The notes under the pieces are model-generated. The model had not been told where the DNA came from, did no database searches, and worked only from the letters and a program-made list of their open reading frames with translations. A stretch of DNA of 64,000 nt from Vulcanimicrobiaceae bacterium (GTDB lineage Bacteria; Vulcanimicrobiota; Vulcanimicrobiia; Vulcanimicrobiales; Vulcanimicrobiaceae). Positions 9,748-18,518 of the stretch are shown here, piece after piece. Every line of letters starts with the position of its first letter. Positions within the stretch are counted from its first letter, which is position 1. Location of the stretch: positions 32,111 to 96,110 of the forward strand of contig DASXEW010000002.1 in assembly GCA_036489885.1 (NCBI GenBank), read 5' to 3'. The position numbers and the translations under genes were made by a program.

Positions 9748-10305
9748 ATGCGCTCGAGTTTTGGGATGTTGGTCGCTCGATCGATCATCGGCGGTGGGAT
9801 GGCGGCGCATGGCGCGCAAAAAGCGTATGGGTGGTTCGAGGGTTCGGGGCCCGCGAAGACCGCCGGCTTCATGCGCATGCTCGGTTTCGAAGATGCCGAG
9901 CAAATGGGAACGGCGGCCGCTTATAACGAGCTGATCTCCGGCGGTTTGATTGCCGCGGGGCTATTCGGTACCGTCGGCCCGTCGATCATGATCGTAAACA
10001 TGCTCGTCGCGATGTCGACGGTGCACAAAGACAACGGCTTCTTCGCTTCCGATAACGGCATCGAGGTGCCGCTGCTCTATGCAACTGCCGCGCTCGCATT
10101 CGCAGCGGGCGGTTACGGGGAATGCTCCCTCGACCGTTTATTCCGTCTTGAAGATTTCTTCTCGAAGCGCCGCTGGTTCTATCTCGGAGTCGGCGCCGCG
10201 ATCGGCACGGCAATTGCCGTGCTCAACAGACGGGTCCCCCCCACATCGCAGTCGAGCGCGCAAGAACAAGCGCCGGCCGCACAGCCACAACCCGCACCGA
10301 ACTAA
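9748..10305 (+). CDS. DoxX-family membrane protein
   Basis: ATG at 9748 preceded by AAGGGGAG. Four predicted TM segments and a GGGMAAHGAQKAYGWF motif typical of DoxX. Pro/Gln-rich tail. Confidence 0.7.
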   Translation: MRSSFGMLVARSIIGGGMAAHGAQKAYGWFEGSGPAKTAGFMRMLGFEDAEQMGTAAAYNELISGGLIAAGLFGTVGPSIMIVNMLVAMSTVHKDNGFFASDNGIEVPLLYATAALAFAAGGYGECSLDRLFRLEDFFSKRRWFYLGVGAAIGTAIAVLNRRVPPTSQSSAQEQAPAAQPQPAPN

Positions 10306-10316
10306 GGAGAAACTTC

Positions 10317-11141
10317 ATGAAGCTCGTCCGTCGCCTATTGATCGCGTCGCTCACCGCCCTCGTATTAGGGCTGTGGGTGGCCGCACCGGCATCTGCACGT
10401 GACACGCTCGCCGATATCAAGCAGCGCGGCAAGCTCATCGTCGGCGTCAAAACCGATTACAAACCGTTCGGCTTCCTCGATCCCTCAGGAAAAGTCGTCG
10501 GCATCGAACCCGACTTGGCTGCAGACGTTGCGAAGCGCCTTGGCGTCGGAATCGAATACGTTCCGGTCGTTGCGGCCAATCGCATTCAGTTCTTGCAACA
10601 AGGTCGCATCGATTTGATGATCGCGACGATGACAGACACGCCGGCGCGCGAAGAGCAAGTTGGCATCGTCAAGCCGAGCTACTACGCAGCCGGCGTCGAC
10701 ATCATCGCGCGCAAAGCTTCCGGACTGAAAAGCTGGGACGATCTCAAAGGGAAGTCTCTATGCGGCATTCAGGGCGCGTTTTACAACAAAGACATGCAGG
10801 ACAAATACGGTGCGACGGTCGTCGCGTTCCCGGGGACGCCTGAAGCGCTCAACGCTTTGCGAGCCGGAACCTGCATCGGCTTCGTCTATGACGACTCGTT
10901 CAACAACCCGCTCTCGCTCGATCCGGCGTGGAGTGGTGGATTCGATCTGCCGCTCGCGTCGATCGACGTTCAGCCGTGGGGTCTTGCAGTCGATAAGGGC
11001 GATGACAAATTCATGGCGTTCATGTCGGACGTCGTGAAAGATTGGCACAAGAAAGGCACGATCATCGCGCTCGAGAAAAAATACAACGTCCCGGTGTCGA
11101 CGTTCTCGAAGCAGATGAACGCCGACGCGAATAAGAAATAG
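10317..11141 (+). CDS. ABC transporter substrate-binding protein, family 3 (polar amino acid/opine type)
   Basis: Signal peptide, then LADIKQRGKLIVGVKTDYKPFGFLD, typical of SBP_bac_3. AAGGAGA Shine-Dalgarno. Confidence 0.85.
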   Translation: MKLVRRLLIASLTALVLGLWVAAPASARDTLADIKQRGKLIVGVKTDYKPFGFLDPSGKVVGIEPDLAADVAKRLGVGIEYVPVVAANRIQFLQQGRIDLMIATMTDTPAREEQVGIVKPSYYAAGVDIIARKASGLKSWDDLKGKSLCGIQGAFYNKDMQDKYGATVVAFPGTPEALNALRAGTCIGFVYDDSFNNPLSLDPAWSGGFDLPLASIDVQPWGLAVDKGDDKFMAFMSDVVKDWHKKGTIIALEKKYNVPVSTFSKQMNADANKK

Positions 11142-11245
11142 ACGCGCTCGCGGCTTTCGGCCGCTGGCTCGCAACTAACGCGCACGTTCGTCTCACGTTT
11201 CTTTATGAAACGGGCGAGCGTACGCGTATACTCCACGGATTCGAG

Positions 11246-11881
11246 ATGACAGTCTGGCTGTCGATCGTTACGATCGCAGCCAGCACGCTCATCGGCGTGA
11301 TCGGCGTCTGGCTGCTCGGCACGCGTTGGCGAATCGTTCGGCAAATTATCACGGCATACGTGCAGTTCTTCCGCAACACGCCGCCGCTGGTTCAGCTCTA
11401 TTTCTTCTTTTTCGCGCTCAGCCCGCTGCTCTCGACGCACTCGGCCGATGGTCTGCGGCATCCGCTTCTCAACAACGTCTTCTGGGCGTCGCTCTCGCTC
11501 TCGCTTTTTGCCGGGGCATTCAATGTCGAGATCTTCCGTTCAGGAATCGAAGCGATTCCGCGCACGACGCTCGAGGCCGCCGAGTCCCTTGGATTCTCAC
11601 GCCTGCAAAGCTTCGTTCGCATCATGTTTCCGCTCGCGTTCCGGATCGGATTGCCGGCGTTCACGAACAACATCGTCAATCTCGTAAAGACGACGTCGCT
11701 TGCCTACGCGATTGCGGTCCCGGAGCTCCTTTACGCTTCGAGCCAAATATGGTCCGACGAGCTCAACGTCCCCGAGATGATGGTCTTTATTCTGATCGCG
11801 TATATTATTCTCGTCGCGATCGTTGTCTGGGCAATGGAGCTGATCGAGAAACGTTTACGCATTCCGGGTTACGGCCTGTGA
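11246..11881 (+). CDS. amino-acid ABC transporter permease (HisM/HisQ family)
   Basis: FRNTPPLVQL and the EAAESLGFSRLQSFVRIMFPLA EAA-loop. Confidence 0.85.
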   Translation: MTVWLSIVTIAASTLIGVIGVWLLGTRWRIVRQIITAYVQFFRNTPPLVQLYFFFFALSPLLSTHSADGLRHPLLNNVFWASLSLSLFAGAFNVEIFRSGIEAIPRTTLEAAESLGFSRLQSFVRIMFPLAFRIGLPAFTNNIVNLVKTTSLAYAIAVPELLYASSQIWSDELNVPEMMVFILIAYIILVAIVVWAMELIEKRLRIPGYGL

Positions 11882-12645
11882 TCACGAAACGCGTGCTCTT
11901 CTTTTCCATTCTGTTTTTTGCGGGATCCGTCGCGTTCGCGCAGGCGCAAACCGCGGCTGGGGAACCCGGGGTACTCGCGACGCTAGCAAAGTGGACGCCG
12001 CTACTCTTTCACGGATTTCTCTTCAATATCGCGATCAGCGTCTTTTCGATGGCGCTCGGATCGCTGTTCGGCGTCGTGCTCGGAATCTTCTTGATCTCAC
12101 GGCGCGTCCAGGTTGAGCGTCCCGCGTACTGGTTCATGCAGATCTTTCGCAACGCACCTTGGCTCGTTTTGATGTTCTTCGTGATGTACCTGACGCCGTT
12201 CCAATTTCATACGCCGTTCGGTACCATACCGTTTCCGGATTGGATCAAAGCCACGGTCGGTCTCGCACTGCCCGTCATGGCGAACGTTTCCGAGATCTTT
12301 CGTGGCGGCGTTGTTTCGCTACCCTATACACAGTGGGAGGCTGCGCAGTCGCTCGGTTTTGATTATCTGCAGACACTTAGGCTGATCATCGTGCCGCAGG
12401 CGGTCAAACGCATGCTTCCGCCATGGATGAACCTCTACGCAATTCTTACGCAATCGACGACGCTTGCATCGATCCTAGGCGTCACCGAGGTCCTGACCCT
12501 GACGCGGAACGTGCTTGGCGCCGAAGGCCGAACCGAGCTGCTGATGCCGTTTTACGGCTACGTCCTCGTATGGTTCTTCCTCTACTGCTATCCCATCGCC
12601 GTCTATACCAAGCGGCTCGAGCGCCGTTTCTCGGTGGCCTCGTGA
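11878..12645 (+). CDS. amino-acid ABC transporter permease (second subunit)
   Basis: The GTG at 11878 overlaps the upstream stop (GTGA). FRNAPWLVLMF and the EAAQSLGFDYLQTLRLIIVPQA EAA-loop. Confidence 0.8.
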   Translation: MITKRVLFFSILFFAGSVAFAQAQTAAGEPGVLATLAKWTPLLFHGFLFNIAISVFSMALGSLFGVVLGIFLISRRVQVERPAYWFMQIFRNAPWLVLMFFVMYLTPFQFHTPFGTIPFPDWIKATVGLALPVMANVSEIFRGGVVSLPYTQWEAAQSLGFDYLQTLRLIIVPQAVKRMLPPWMNLYAILTQSTTLASILGVTEVLTLTRNVLGAEGRTELLMPFYGYVLVWFFLYCYPIAVYTKRLERRFSVAS

Positions 12646-13385
12646 GCGAGCGTCCTCTAGTCGAAATTGCCGGCGTCCGCAAAGCTTTCGGAGCGAACGT
12701 CGTCTTGGCCGGCATCGACATCGAAGTCGCTCGCGGCGGCGTGTGCTGCATCATCGGACCTTCGGGGTCCGGGAAGTCGACATTGCTTCGTTGCATCAAC
12801 GGACTCGTCCCAATCGATGCAGGCACGATTCGCGTCGACGACATAGCGGTGCACGCGTTACGCAGCGACCAGGAGCTGATCGCGCTGCGCAAGCGCGTTT
12901 CGATCGTCTTTCAGCAATACAATCTCTTCCCGCACAAGACGGCGCTCGAGAACGTCATGATGGCGCCGATCCACGTGCTGCACGAAGATAAAGCTGCAGT
13001 CGAGCAACGGGCCTACGCGCTGCTGGCGAAAGTCGGACTGCAAGACAAAGCCGACAGCTTTCCGGCGCAGCTCTCGGGCGGACAGCAACAGCGCGTCGCG
13101 ATCGCGCGCTCGCTTGCGATGAACCCGCAGGTCATCTTGTTCGACGAGGTTACCGCCGCGCTCGATCCGGAGACGGTCAAAGAAGTCTTGCTCACGATTC
13201 GCGGACTCGTTGCCGACGGTCTGACGTGCATTTTGGCGACGCACGAAATGGGCTTTGCGCGCGAGGTCGGAAATTTGATCGTCTTCCTGGACGGAGGCAC
13301 GATCGTCGAGCGCGGCACGCCGGCCCAATTCTTTGCAGCGCCGCGAGAGGAACGCACAAAGGCTTTCTTGAGTCAGATTCTATGA
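12642..13385 (+). CDS. amino-acid ABC transporter ATP-binding protein
   Basis: The GTG at 12642 overlaps the upstream stop. Walker A GPSGSGKST, signature LSGGQQQRVAIAR, Walker B ILFDE. Confidence 0.9.
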   Translation: MSERPLVEIAGVRKAFGANVVLAGIDIEVARGGVCCIIGPSGSGKSTLLRCINGLVPIDAGTIRVDDIAVHALRSDQELIALRKRVSIVFQQYNLFPHKTALENVMMAPIHVLHEDKAAVEQRAYALLAKVGLQDKADSFPAQLSGGQQQRVAIARSLAMNPQVILFDEVTAALDPETVKEVLLTIRGLVADGLTCILATHEMGFAREVGNLIVFLDGGTIVERGTPAQFFAAPREERTKAFLSQIL

Positions 13386-14527
13386 GCTGGGACACGGTCG
13401 TACTCGGACTCGGCGGCATGGGAAGCGCAGCGCTCGCGCACGTCGCGTCGCGCGGTAAGCGCGTCATCGGACTCGAACGTTTTCAGCCGTTGCACGGATT
13501 CGGTTCCTCGCACGGCAACTCACGCATCATTCGCCAAACCTACTTCCTGGATGGCCGCTACGTGACGCTGGTGCAGCGCGCGTACGAGCTATGGCGCGAG
13601 CTGGAGGCCGAAACTGGCGAAGCTCTGTTGAACATCACCGGCGGATTGTTCGTGAGCACTCGCGACAACACGATCGTTGACGGCGGGCTTCAGAGCGCGC
13701 GCGAGCACGGGCTGGCGCACGAGCTTCTCGAACGCGATGAAGTCGCGCGCCGCTATCCGTCGATGCACTTTCGCGAAGGCGAGGTCGCGCTGTTCGAGCC
13801 GACCGCCGGGTTCTTGCGGCCAGAGGCGTGTATCGGCGCGCACTTGCGGCGTGCGATCGAATCCGGCGCTCAAGCGCGTTTCGGGACGAGTGCGACGCGC
13901 TATGAAGCAACTGCAAACGGCGTGCGGGTGTGGACCTCCGACGGCGAGGTCATCGATGCCGATCGCCTGATCGTCACGGCCGGCGCTTGGCTCGGAGGGA
14001 TTGCAGCGGATCTCGGCTTGCCGCTCGTCGTCGAGCGGCAGGTCATGCATTGGTTTGCGCCGGCAGGTACACAGAACACGGACGCGCTCGAGTCGTTGCC
14101 GATTTTCATCGTCGCCCGCAAAGATGGACGCGTCTACGGATTCCCCTACGTCGCGGGTGAGGGAATAAAGATCGCTTTCTACCGCAGCTTCCAACCCACC
14201 GATCCCGACGACGTCGGCCGCGAAGTCAGGCCCGAAGAGGTCTTGCCGATTCGCGCATTCTTGGACGGCTTGATCCCCGGCGCCGCGGCAACGTATCTGC
14301 GCTCGAAGGTGTGCCTGTACACGCTCACACCCGACGAGCATTTCGTCATCGGCTTGCACCCGGCACAATCCAACGTCGTCATCGCGGGCGGGTTCTCCGG
14401 TCACGGCTTCAAGTTCTGCAGCGTCGTCGGCGAGATCGTCGCCGATTTGGCGCTCGAAGGCCGCACGCGCCATTCGATCGGATTTCTGTCGCCGGATCGC
14501 TTCGCGGGGGTTGCGAGCCCGACCTAA
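13382..14527 (+). CDS. FAD-dependent amine oxidase of the monomeric sarcosine oxidase / N-methyltryptophan oxidase (SolA) family
   Basis: ATGA overlap with the ATPase gene. VVLGLGGMGSAA dinucleotide fold, GSSHGNSRIIRQTY and GFSGHGFKF motifs. Confidence 0.8.
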   Translation: MSWDTVVLGLGGMGSAALAHVASRGKRVIGLERFQPLHGFGSSHGNSRIIRQTYFLDGRYVTLVQRAYELWRELEAETGEALLNITGGLFVSTRDNTIVDGGLQSAREHGLAHELLERDEVARRYPSMHFREGEVALFEPTAGFLRPEACIGAHLRRAIESGAQARFGTSATRYEATANGVRVWTSDGEVIDADRLIVTAGAWLGGIAADLGLPLVVERQVMHWFAPAGTQNTDALESLPIFIVARKDGRVYGFPYVAGEGIKIAFYRSFQPTDPDDVGREVRPEEVLPIRAFLDGLIPGAAATYLRSKVCLYTLTPDEHFVIGLHPAQSNVVIAGGFSGHGFKFCSVVGEIVADLALEGRTRHSIGFLSPDRFAGVASPT

Positions 14528-15883
14528 ATGGGCGCAACGCTATTCGAGAAAGTCTGGAACGCGCATTTGGTGCGTGAGCTTCCCGGACGCAATGCGCTGA
14601 TCTTCATCGATCGCGCCGTGCTGTACGAGCTGCTCGGGCCGCCGGCGATCGATCTGATCGAACGCGACTTCGATGGCAGCTTGTACGATGCGGCGCGCGT
14701 CATCGCCGTCAACGATCACGTCGCGCCGGCCAAAGACACTTCAAGCGCCGAACTCGCGCTCCAGCTGCGCACCTGGGCGAAAAAACGCAGCGTCCGTCTC
14801 TACGACGTCGGCAACAACGGCATCTGTCACGTTCTGGTCCCCGAACGCGGTCACGTCATGCCCGGTTCGACGCTCGTGTGCAGCGACAGTCACACCTGCA
14901 CGATCGGCGCCTTCGCATCGTTTGCGTTCGGCGTTGGAAGCACGGCGCTAGCAGGTGCACTGCTATCGAGCGCCGTCGTCGTTACACGTCCGAAGGTTAT
15001 GCGTATCGGCGTGCACGGACGCTTACAAAAGGATGCGACCGCGAAGGATCTCGCACTGGCGGTGGTCGCGCAGCTCGGTTTCAAGGGCGGGACCGGCTAC
15101 GTGCTCGAGTATACGGGTGACGGCATCGCGGCGCTCTCGATGGACGAGCGCATGACGCTGTGCAACATGTCGATTGAAGCCGGAGCGACGACCGGGATGT
15201 GTCCGGTCGACGAAACTACCCTTGAATATTTGCGCGGACGCGAGTTCGCACCAAAGGGCGATGAATTCGAAGGCGCCGCTGCACGTTGGCGCGCGTTCGC
15301 TCCAGACGCGGATGCGACATACGATGCCGAGCTGACGATCGACGCGAGCGCGCTACGCCCGACCGTTACCTGGGGAACGAATCCCGGTGAGAGCGCTCCG
15401 CTATCCGGGAGCGTTCCACTTGATGCCGATGCTGGGGCGCTCGAATATATGGGGTTACAACCCGGGGTTCTGCTGCGCGGGATCGAGCTGGATCAAGCCT
15501 TCATCGGCTCGTGCACGAATGCACGGATCGGCGATCTGCGCGCCGCCGCCGCAGTTCTCGCCGGCCGCAAGGTCCGCATCCCAACGATTGTCACACCCGG
15601 CTCGCAACTCGTGAAACGGCAAGCCGAGGCTGAAGGTTTGCACGACATCTTTCAAGATGCGGGCGCACTCTGGACGCATTCGTCCTGCGGAGCATGTCCC
15701 GGTCTCTCGACCGGCGTGCTCGCGCCGCAGATGCGCTGCATCAGCTCGAGCAATCGAAACTTTCCCGGACGGATGGGGACGGGCGGACGCGTCCACCTTG
15801 CTTCACCGGTCGTGGTTGCGGCGAGCGCCGTGCTGGGACGGATCGCAAGTCCTGATGAGCTCGAAAGCGCGGTTCTTGCATGA
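14528..15883 (+). CDS. aconitase-family dehydratase large subunit (LeuC-like)
   Basis: VCSDSHT, GSCTNARIGDL and SSCGACPG Fe-S ligand motifs, 451 aa. It starts immediately after the oxidase stop codon. Confidence 0.8.
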   Translation: MGATLFEKVWNAHLVRELPGRNALIFIDRAVLYELLGPPAIDLIERDFDGSLYDAARVIAVNDHVAPAKDTSSAELALQLRTWAKKRSVRLYDVGNNGICHVLVPERGHVMPGSTLVCSDSHTCTIGAFASFAFGVGSTALAGALLSSAVVVTRPKVMRIGVHGRLQKDATAKDLALAVVAQLGFKGGTGYVLEYTGDGIAALSMDERMTLCNMSIEAGATTGMCPVDETTLEYLRGREFAPKGDEFEGAAARWRAFAPDADATYDAELTIDASALRPTVTWGTNPGESAPLSGSVPLDADAGALEYMGLQPGVLLRGIELDQAFIGSCTNARIGDLRAAAAVLAGRKVRIPTIVTPGSQLVKRQAEAEGLHDIFQDAGALWTHSSCGACPGLSTGVLAPQMRCISSSNRNFPGRMGTGGRVHLASPVVVAASAVLGRIASPDELESAVLA

Positions 15884-16407
15884 TCGTCGAGGGCAAGCTC
15901 TTCCCGCTGGACCGCGCCAACGTCGACACCGATCAAATCATTCCGACGCGCTATCTGGGCGCCGTCGATGCGAAGGGTCTGGGTGCGTATTGCTTGGGCG
16001 GACTGCCGGGGATCGACGCGCTCTACGCCACGCACCCGGACGCGACGATAATCGTCGCGCGCGAAAACTTCGGCGCCGGCAGCTCGCGAGAACATGCAGT
16101 CTGGGCGTTGCAATCGCGCGGCTTCAAAGGCGTCATTGCGCCGAGCTTCGCGCGCATCTTTGAAGAGAACGCCTATAACAACGGTTTCCTGTTATCAGCG
16201 GTCCCGGCTGACGCGATCGATCGCATCATCGCTTGCAGCTCCGCACGGATCGACGTTGCGGCGCAAACGATTGCAGCCGGCGGCGAAACGATTCCGTTCA
16301 CGCTCGATCCGCTCCGCAAAGAGTTTCTCATCGGCGGCGGGTTCTTACACTACATGGCCGGACAAATCGAAACCGTTCGCGCGTGGGAGGCGTCTGCGAG
16401 AGGGTAG
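15880..16407 (+). CDS. aconitase-family dehydratase small subunit (LeuD-like)
   Basis: ATGA overlap. DTDQIIPTRYL and NFGAGSSREHAVWAL motifs. Confidence 0.8.
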   Translation: MIVEGKLFPLDRANVDTDQIIPTRYLGAVDAKGLGAYCLGGLPGIDALYATHPDATIIVARENFGAGSSREHAVWALQSRGFKGVIAPSFARIFEENAYNNGFLLSAVPADAIDRIIACSSARIDVAAQTIAAGGETIPFTLDPLRKEFLIGGGFLHYMAGQIETVRAWEASARG

Positions 16408-16413
16408 CCTCCC

Positions 16414-16998
16414 GTGTCGCATCAGCTAGGACTCTTCGCCGCTTCCCCCCTGACGGTCGTCGCCGATGACGAGACCGGCAAGATCGTATATACGCCGGAC
16501 GTTTTTTCTCATGAGGAAACCGCGCGCATGTTTGCGGCGTTGCGCGACGAGATTCCGTGGGAGTCCGATCGCCGCTGGATGTACGACCGCGAAGTCGATG
16601 TCCCGCGGCTGGTTGCGCACTATGGGGAGCCACCCTTCCCAAGCATTCTGGAGGAGATCCGCGCGCGCATCGAGCCATTTGTGCACGTCAGGATCGAGCG
16701 CATCGGCTTGAACTTCTATCGCGACGAGCACGACAGCGTGGCGTGGCACAATGACCGCATTGCGGTTTTTGGATCGGCACCGACCATTGCGCTCGTGAGC
16801 TTTGGCGCGACGCGCCGTATGCTGTTGCGCACGAAGCCGGTCGTCGCGCGCAAGCGTTCGCTCAATCTCGATCTGGAAGCCGGAAGTCTGCTCGTGATGC
16901 AGGGCGCAAGCCAGCTCAATTGGGAGCATGCTATACCGAAAGAGCGGCGTCCGATCGGCCCGCGCATCTCCGTTGCGCTGCGCAAAGCCTCGGACTAA
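16414..16998 (+). CDS. AlkB-like Fe(II)/2-oxoglutarate dioxygenase
   Basis: WHNDR (HxD), WEHAIP (distal His) and RISVALR motifs. 6 nt after the LeuD-like gene. Confidence 0.7.
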   Translation: MSHQLGLFAASPLTVVADDETGKIVYTPDVFSHEETARMFAALRDEIPWESDRRWMYDREVDVPRLVAHYGEPPFPSILEEIRARIEPFVHVRIERIGLNFYRDEHDSVAWHNDRIAVFGSAPTIALVSFGATRRMLLRTKPVVARKRSLNLDLEAGSLLVMQGASQLNWEHAIPKERRPIGPRISVALRKASD

Positions 16999-17002
16999 CA
17001 AA

Positions 17003-17028
17003 ATAGGCTGCGCGTTTGCGCAACCTAT
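17003..17028. terminator. bidirectional hairpin terminator between the AlkB-like gene and the tRNA cluster
   Basis: ATAGGCTGCGC-GTTT-GCGCAACCTAT (one mismatch). On the minus strand it is followed by TTTTGTT, and it follows the 3' end of tRNA-Met. Confidence 0.6.
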
Positions 17029-17038
17029 CTTGGAAAAA

Positions 17039-17110
17039 TGACTCGGGTAGGATTTGAACCTACGACCTAGGGCTTATGAGTCCCCCGCTCTACCCCTGAG
17101 CTACCGAGCC
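17039..17110 (-). tRNA. tRNA-Met (anticodon CAT; elongator or Ile2-type, not initiator)
   Basis: Cloverleaf folded by hand: acceptor GGCTCGG/CCGAGTC, anticodon loop CTCATAA, T-loop TTCAAAT. G1-C72 is paired. CCA is not encoded. Confidence 0.85.
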
Positions 17111-17152
17111 ACTAGGTTTCTTTTTTACGTGACATTATGTTGTTCTGCAAAT

Positions 17153-17226
17153 CGCGGTCGGAGGGACTCGAACCCCCAACCTACAAGTTCGTAGCCTGTT
17201 GCTCTATCCAATTGAGCTACGACCGC
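17153..17226 (-). tRNA. tRNA-Arg (anticodon ACG)
   Basis: Acceptor GCGGTCG/CGACCGC, D-arm GCTC..GAGC, anticodon loop CTACGAA, T-loop TTCGAGT. Confidence 0.9.
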
Positions 17227-17266
17227 GCGTTGTAGTTTTTTTTTATTTTCTCTTTTTGTAGTGCAT

Positions 17267-17355
17267 CGGAGAGAGAGGGATTCGAACCCTCGATACGGTG
17301 TTATCCGTATAACGGTTTAGCAAACCGCCGCCTTCAGCCACTCGGCCACCTCTCC
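17267..17355 (-). tRNA. tRNA-Ser (anticodon GCT)
   Basis: Acceptor GGAGAGG/TCTCTCC, anticodon loop TTGCTAA, long variable arm, T-loop TTCGAAT. Confidence 0.9.
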
Positions 17356-17462
17356 ATCGCAGCGCGGCGTTCTCCATAAACATCGCTTTTGCCCTTGTCG
17401 GCAGCGACCCATCCTTCGTCTAAAGGTTACGCCTCGACCGACCGACAGCCAGATTAGGCTCT

Positions 17463-18518
17463 ATGCGAGAAACATGCCCATACAGCACACAACCGGACGC
17501 CGCTCATTGGCGACGCTCCGTTGCTGGTGTGCCCAGACCCGCGCTCGATCCAACGATGCCAGGCCGCTTCGCAATCGACGAAACGATGGCCATCGCGACT
17601 GCGGGAAGCTGCTTCGCGCAGCACGTTGCAAAACAGCTCGTGCAGCGCGGCTTCAAGTACATGGTGACGGAGCCGGGACCTAAGGGTCTTTTCGACGACG
17701 ATCTCGCTGACCGTAATTACGGCATCTTTCCGGCACGTTTCGGGAACGTTTACACGACTCCGCAACTCGTGCAACTCTTCGAGCGTGCCTTTGAACGATT
17801 CACGCCGATCGAAGATCATTGGTTGGACGATGGCCGCTACTACGATCCGCTCAGGCCATTCATCGAACCCGAAGGATTTGCGTCGCTCGACGCGTTGCAC
17901 CACGACCGGAAAGCACATCTCGCGGCAGTTCGCGAGATGTTCGAACGCTGCGATATCTTCGTCTTCACCCTCGGACTGACGGAAGGCTGGCGAGATCGCC
18001 GCGACGGCACCGTATACCCGACATGTCCGGGTTGTTCGGTGGGAACCTTCGACCCGGCGCGTTACGAATTCGTTAACTTCGGCGTGCGCGAGACGACGGA
18101 TTCGCTCTTCGAATTCATCCGTGCCTTCGGACTGCTTAATCCGCGTGCAAAGGTCATTCTGACGGTCTCACCGGTTCCTCTGCTTGCGACCATGAGCGTC
18201 AACCACGTCGTGCAAGCAACGACGTATTCTAAATCGGTATTGCGCGTGTCCGCCGAAGAGGCGCGCTCCAGCTTTGCTCACGTCGACTATTTTCCGTCCT
18301 ATGAAGTCATCACGGCTACGCAACGTACCCACGTGTTCTTTGCCGGCGACGGTCGAACGGTTACACCGGCCGGCGTGAAGCGCGCGATGGATTTGTTCTT
18401 TGCGCAATACGCGGGCACGCCAGCTCCGCCGCCGGAGGCCGGCGAAGATCCAAGCGACCCCGGGCCGCCGACCGACGACGTCGTCTGCGACGAAGAGACC
18501 GCGCTTTCGGCAATCTAA
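17463..18518 (+). CDS. GSCFA-domain protein (function unknown, SGNH-like fold)
   Basis: Contains the eponymous motif (IATAGSCFAQHV) in the expected N-terminal position. Pro-rich acidic tail. 351 aa. Confidence 0.75.
   Translation: MRETCPYSTQPDAAHWRRSVAGVPRPALDPTMPGRFAIDETMAIATAGSCFAQHVAKQLVQRGFKYMVTEPGPKGLFDDDLADRNYGIFPARFGNVYTTPQLVQLFERAFERFTPIEDHWLDDGRYYDPLRPFIEPEGFASLDALHHDRKAHLAAVREMFERCDIFVFTLGLTEGWRDRRDGTVYPTCPGCSVGTFDPARYEFVNFGVRETTDSLFEFIRAFGLLNPRAKVILTVSPVPLLATMSVNHVVQATTYSKSVLRVSAEEARSSFAHVDYFPSYEVITATQRTHVFFAGDGRTVTPAGVKRAMDLFFAQYAGTPAPPPEAGEDPSDPGPPTDDVVCDEETALSAI

Noticed and set aside
16999-17462. The tRNA-Met/Arg/Ser cluster as an integration site, with the flanking GSCFA/SGNH genes or the ABC/oxidase operon as a genomic island.
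   Set aside because: I saw no integrase, recombinase or transposase, and no direct repeat of a tRNA 3' end. By eye there is no obvious compositional break. The AT-rich stretches are just inter-tRNA spacers.
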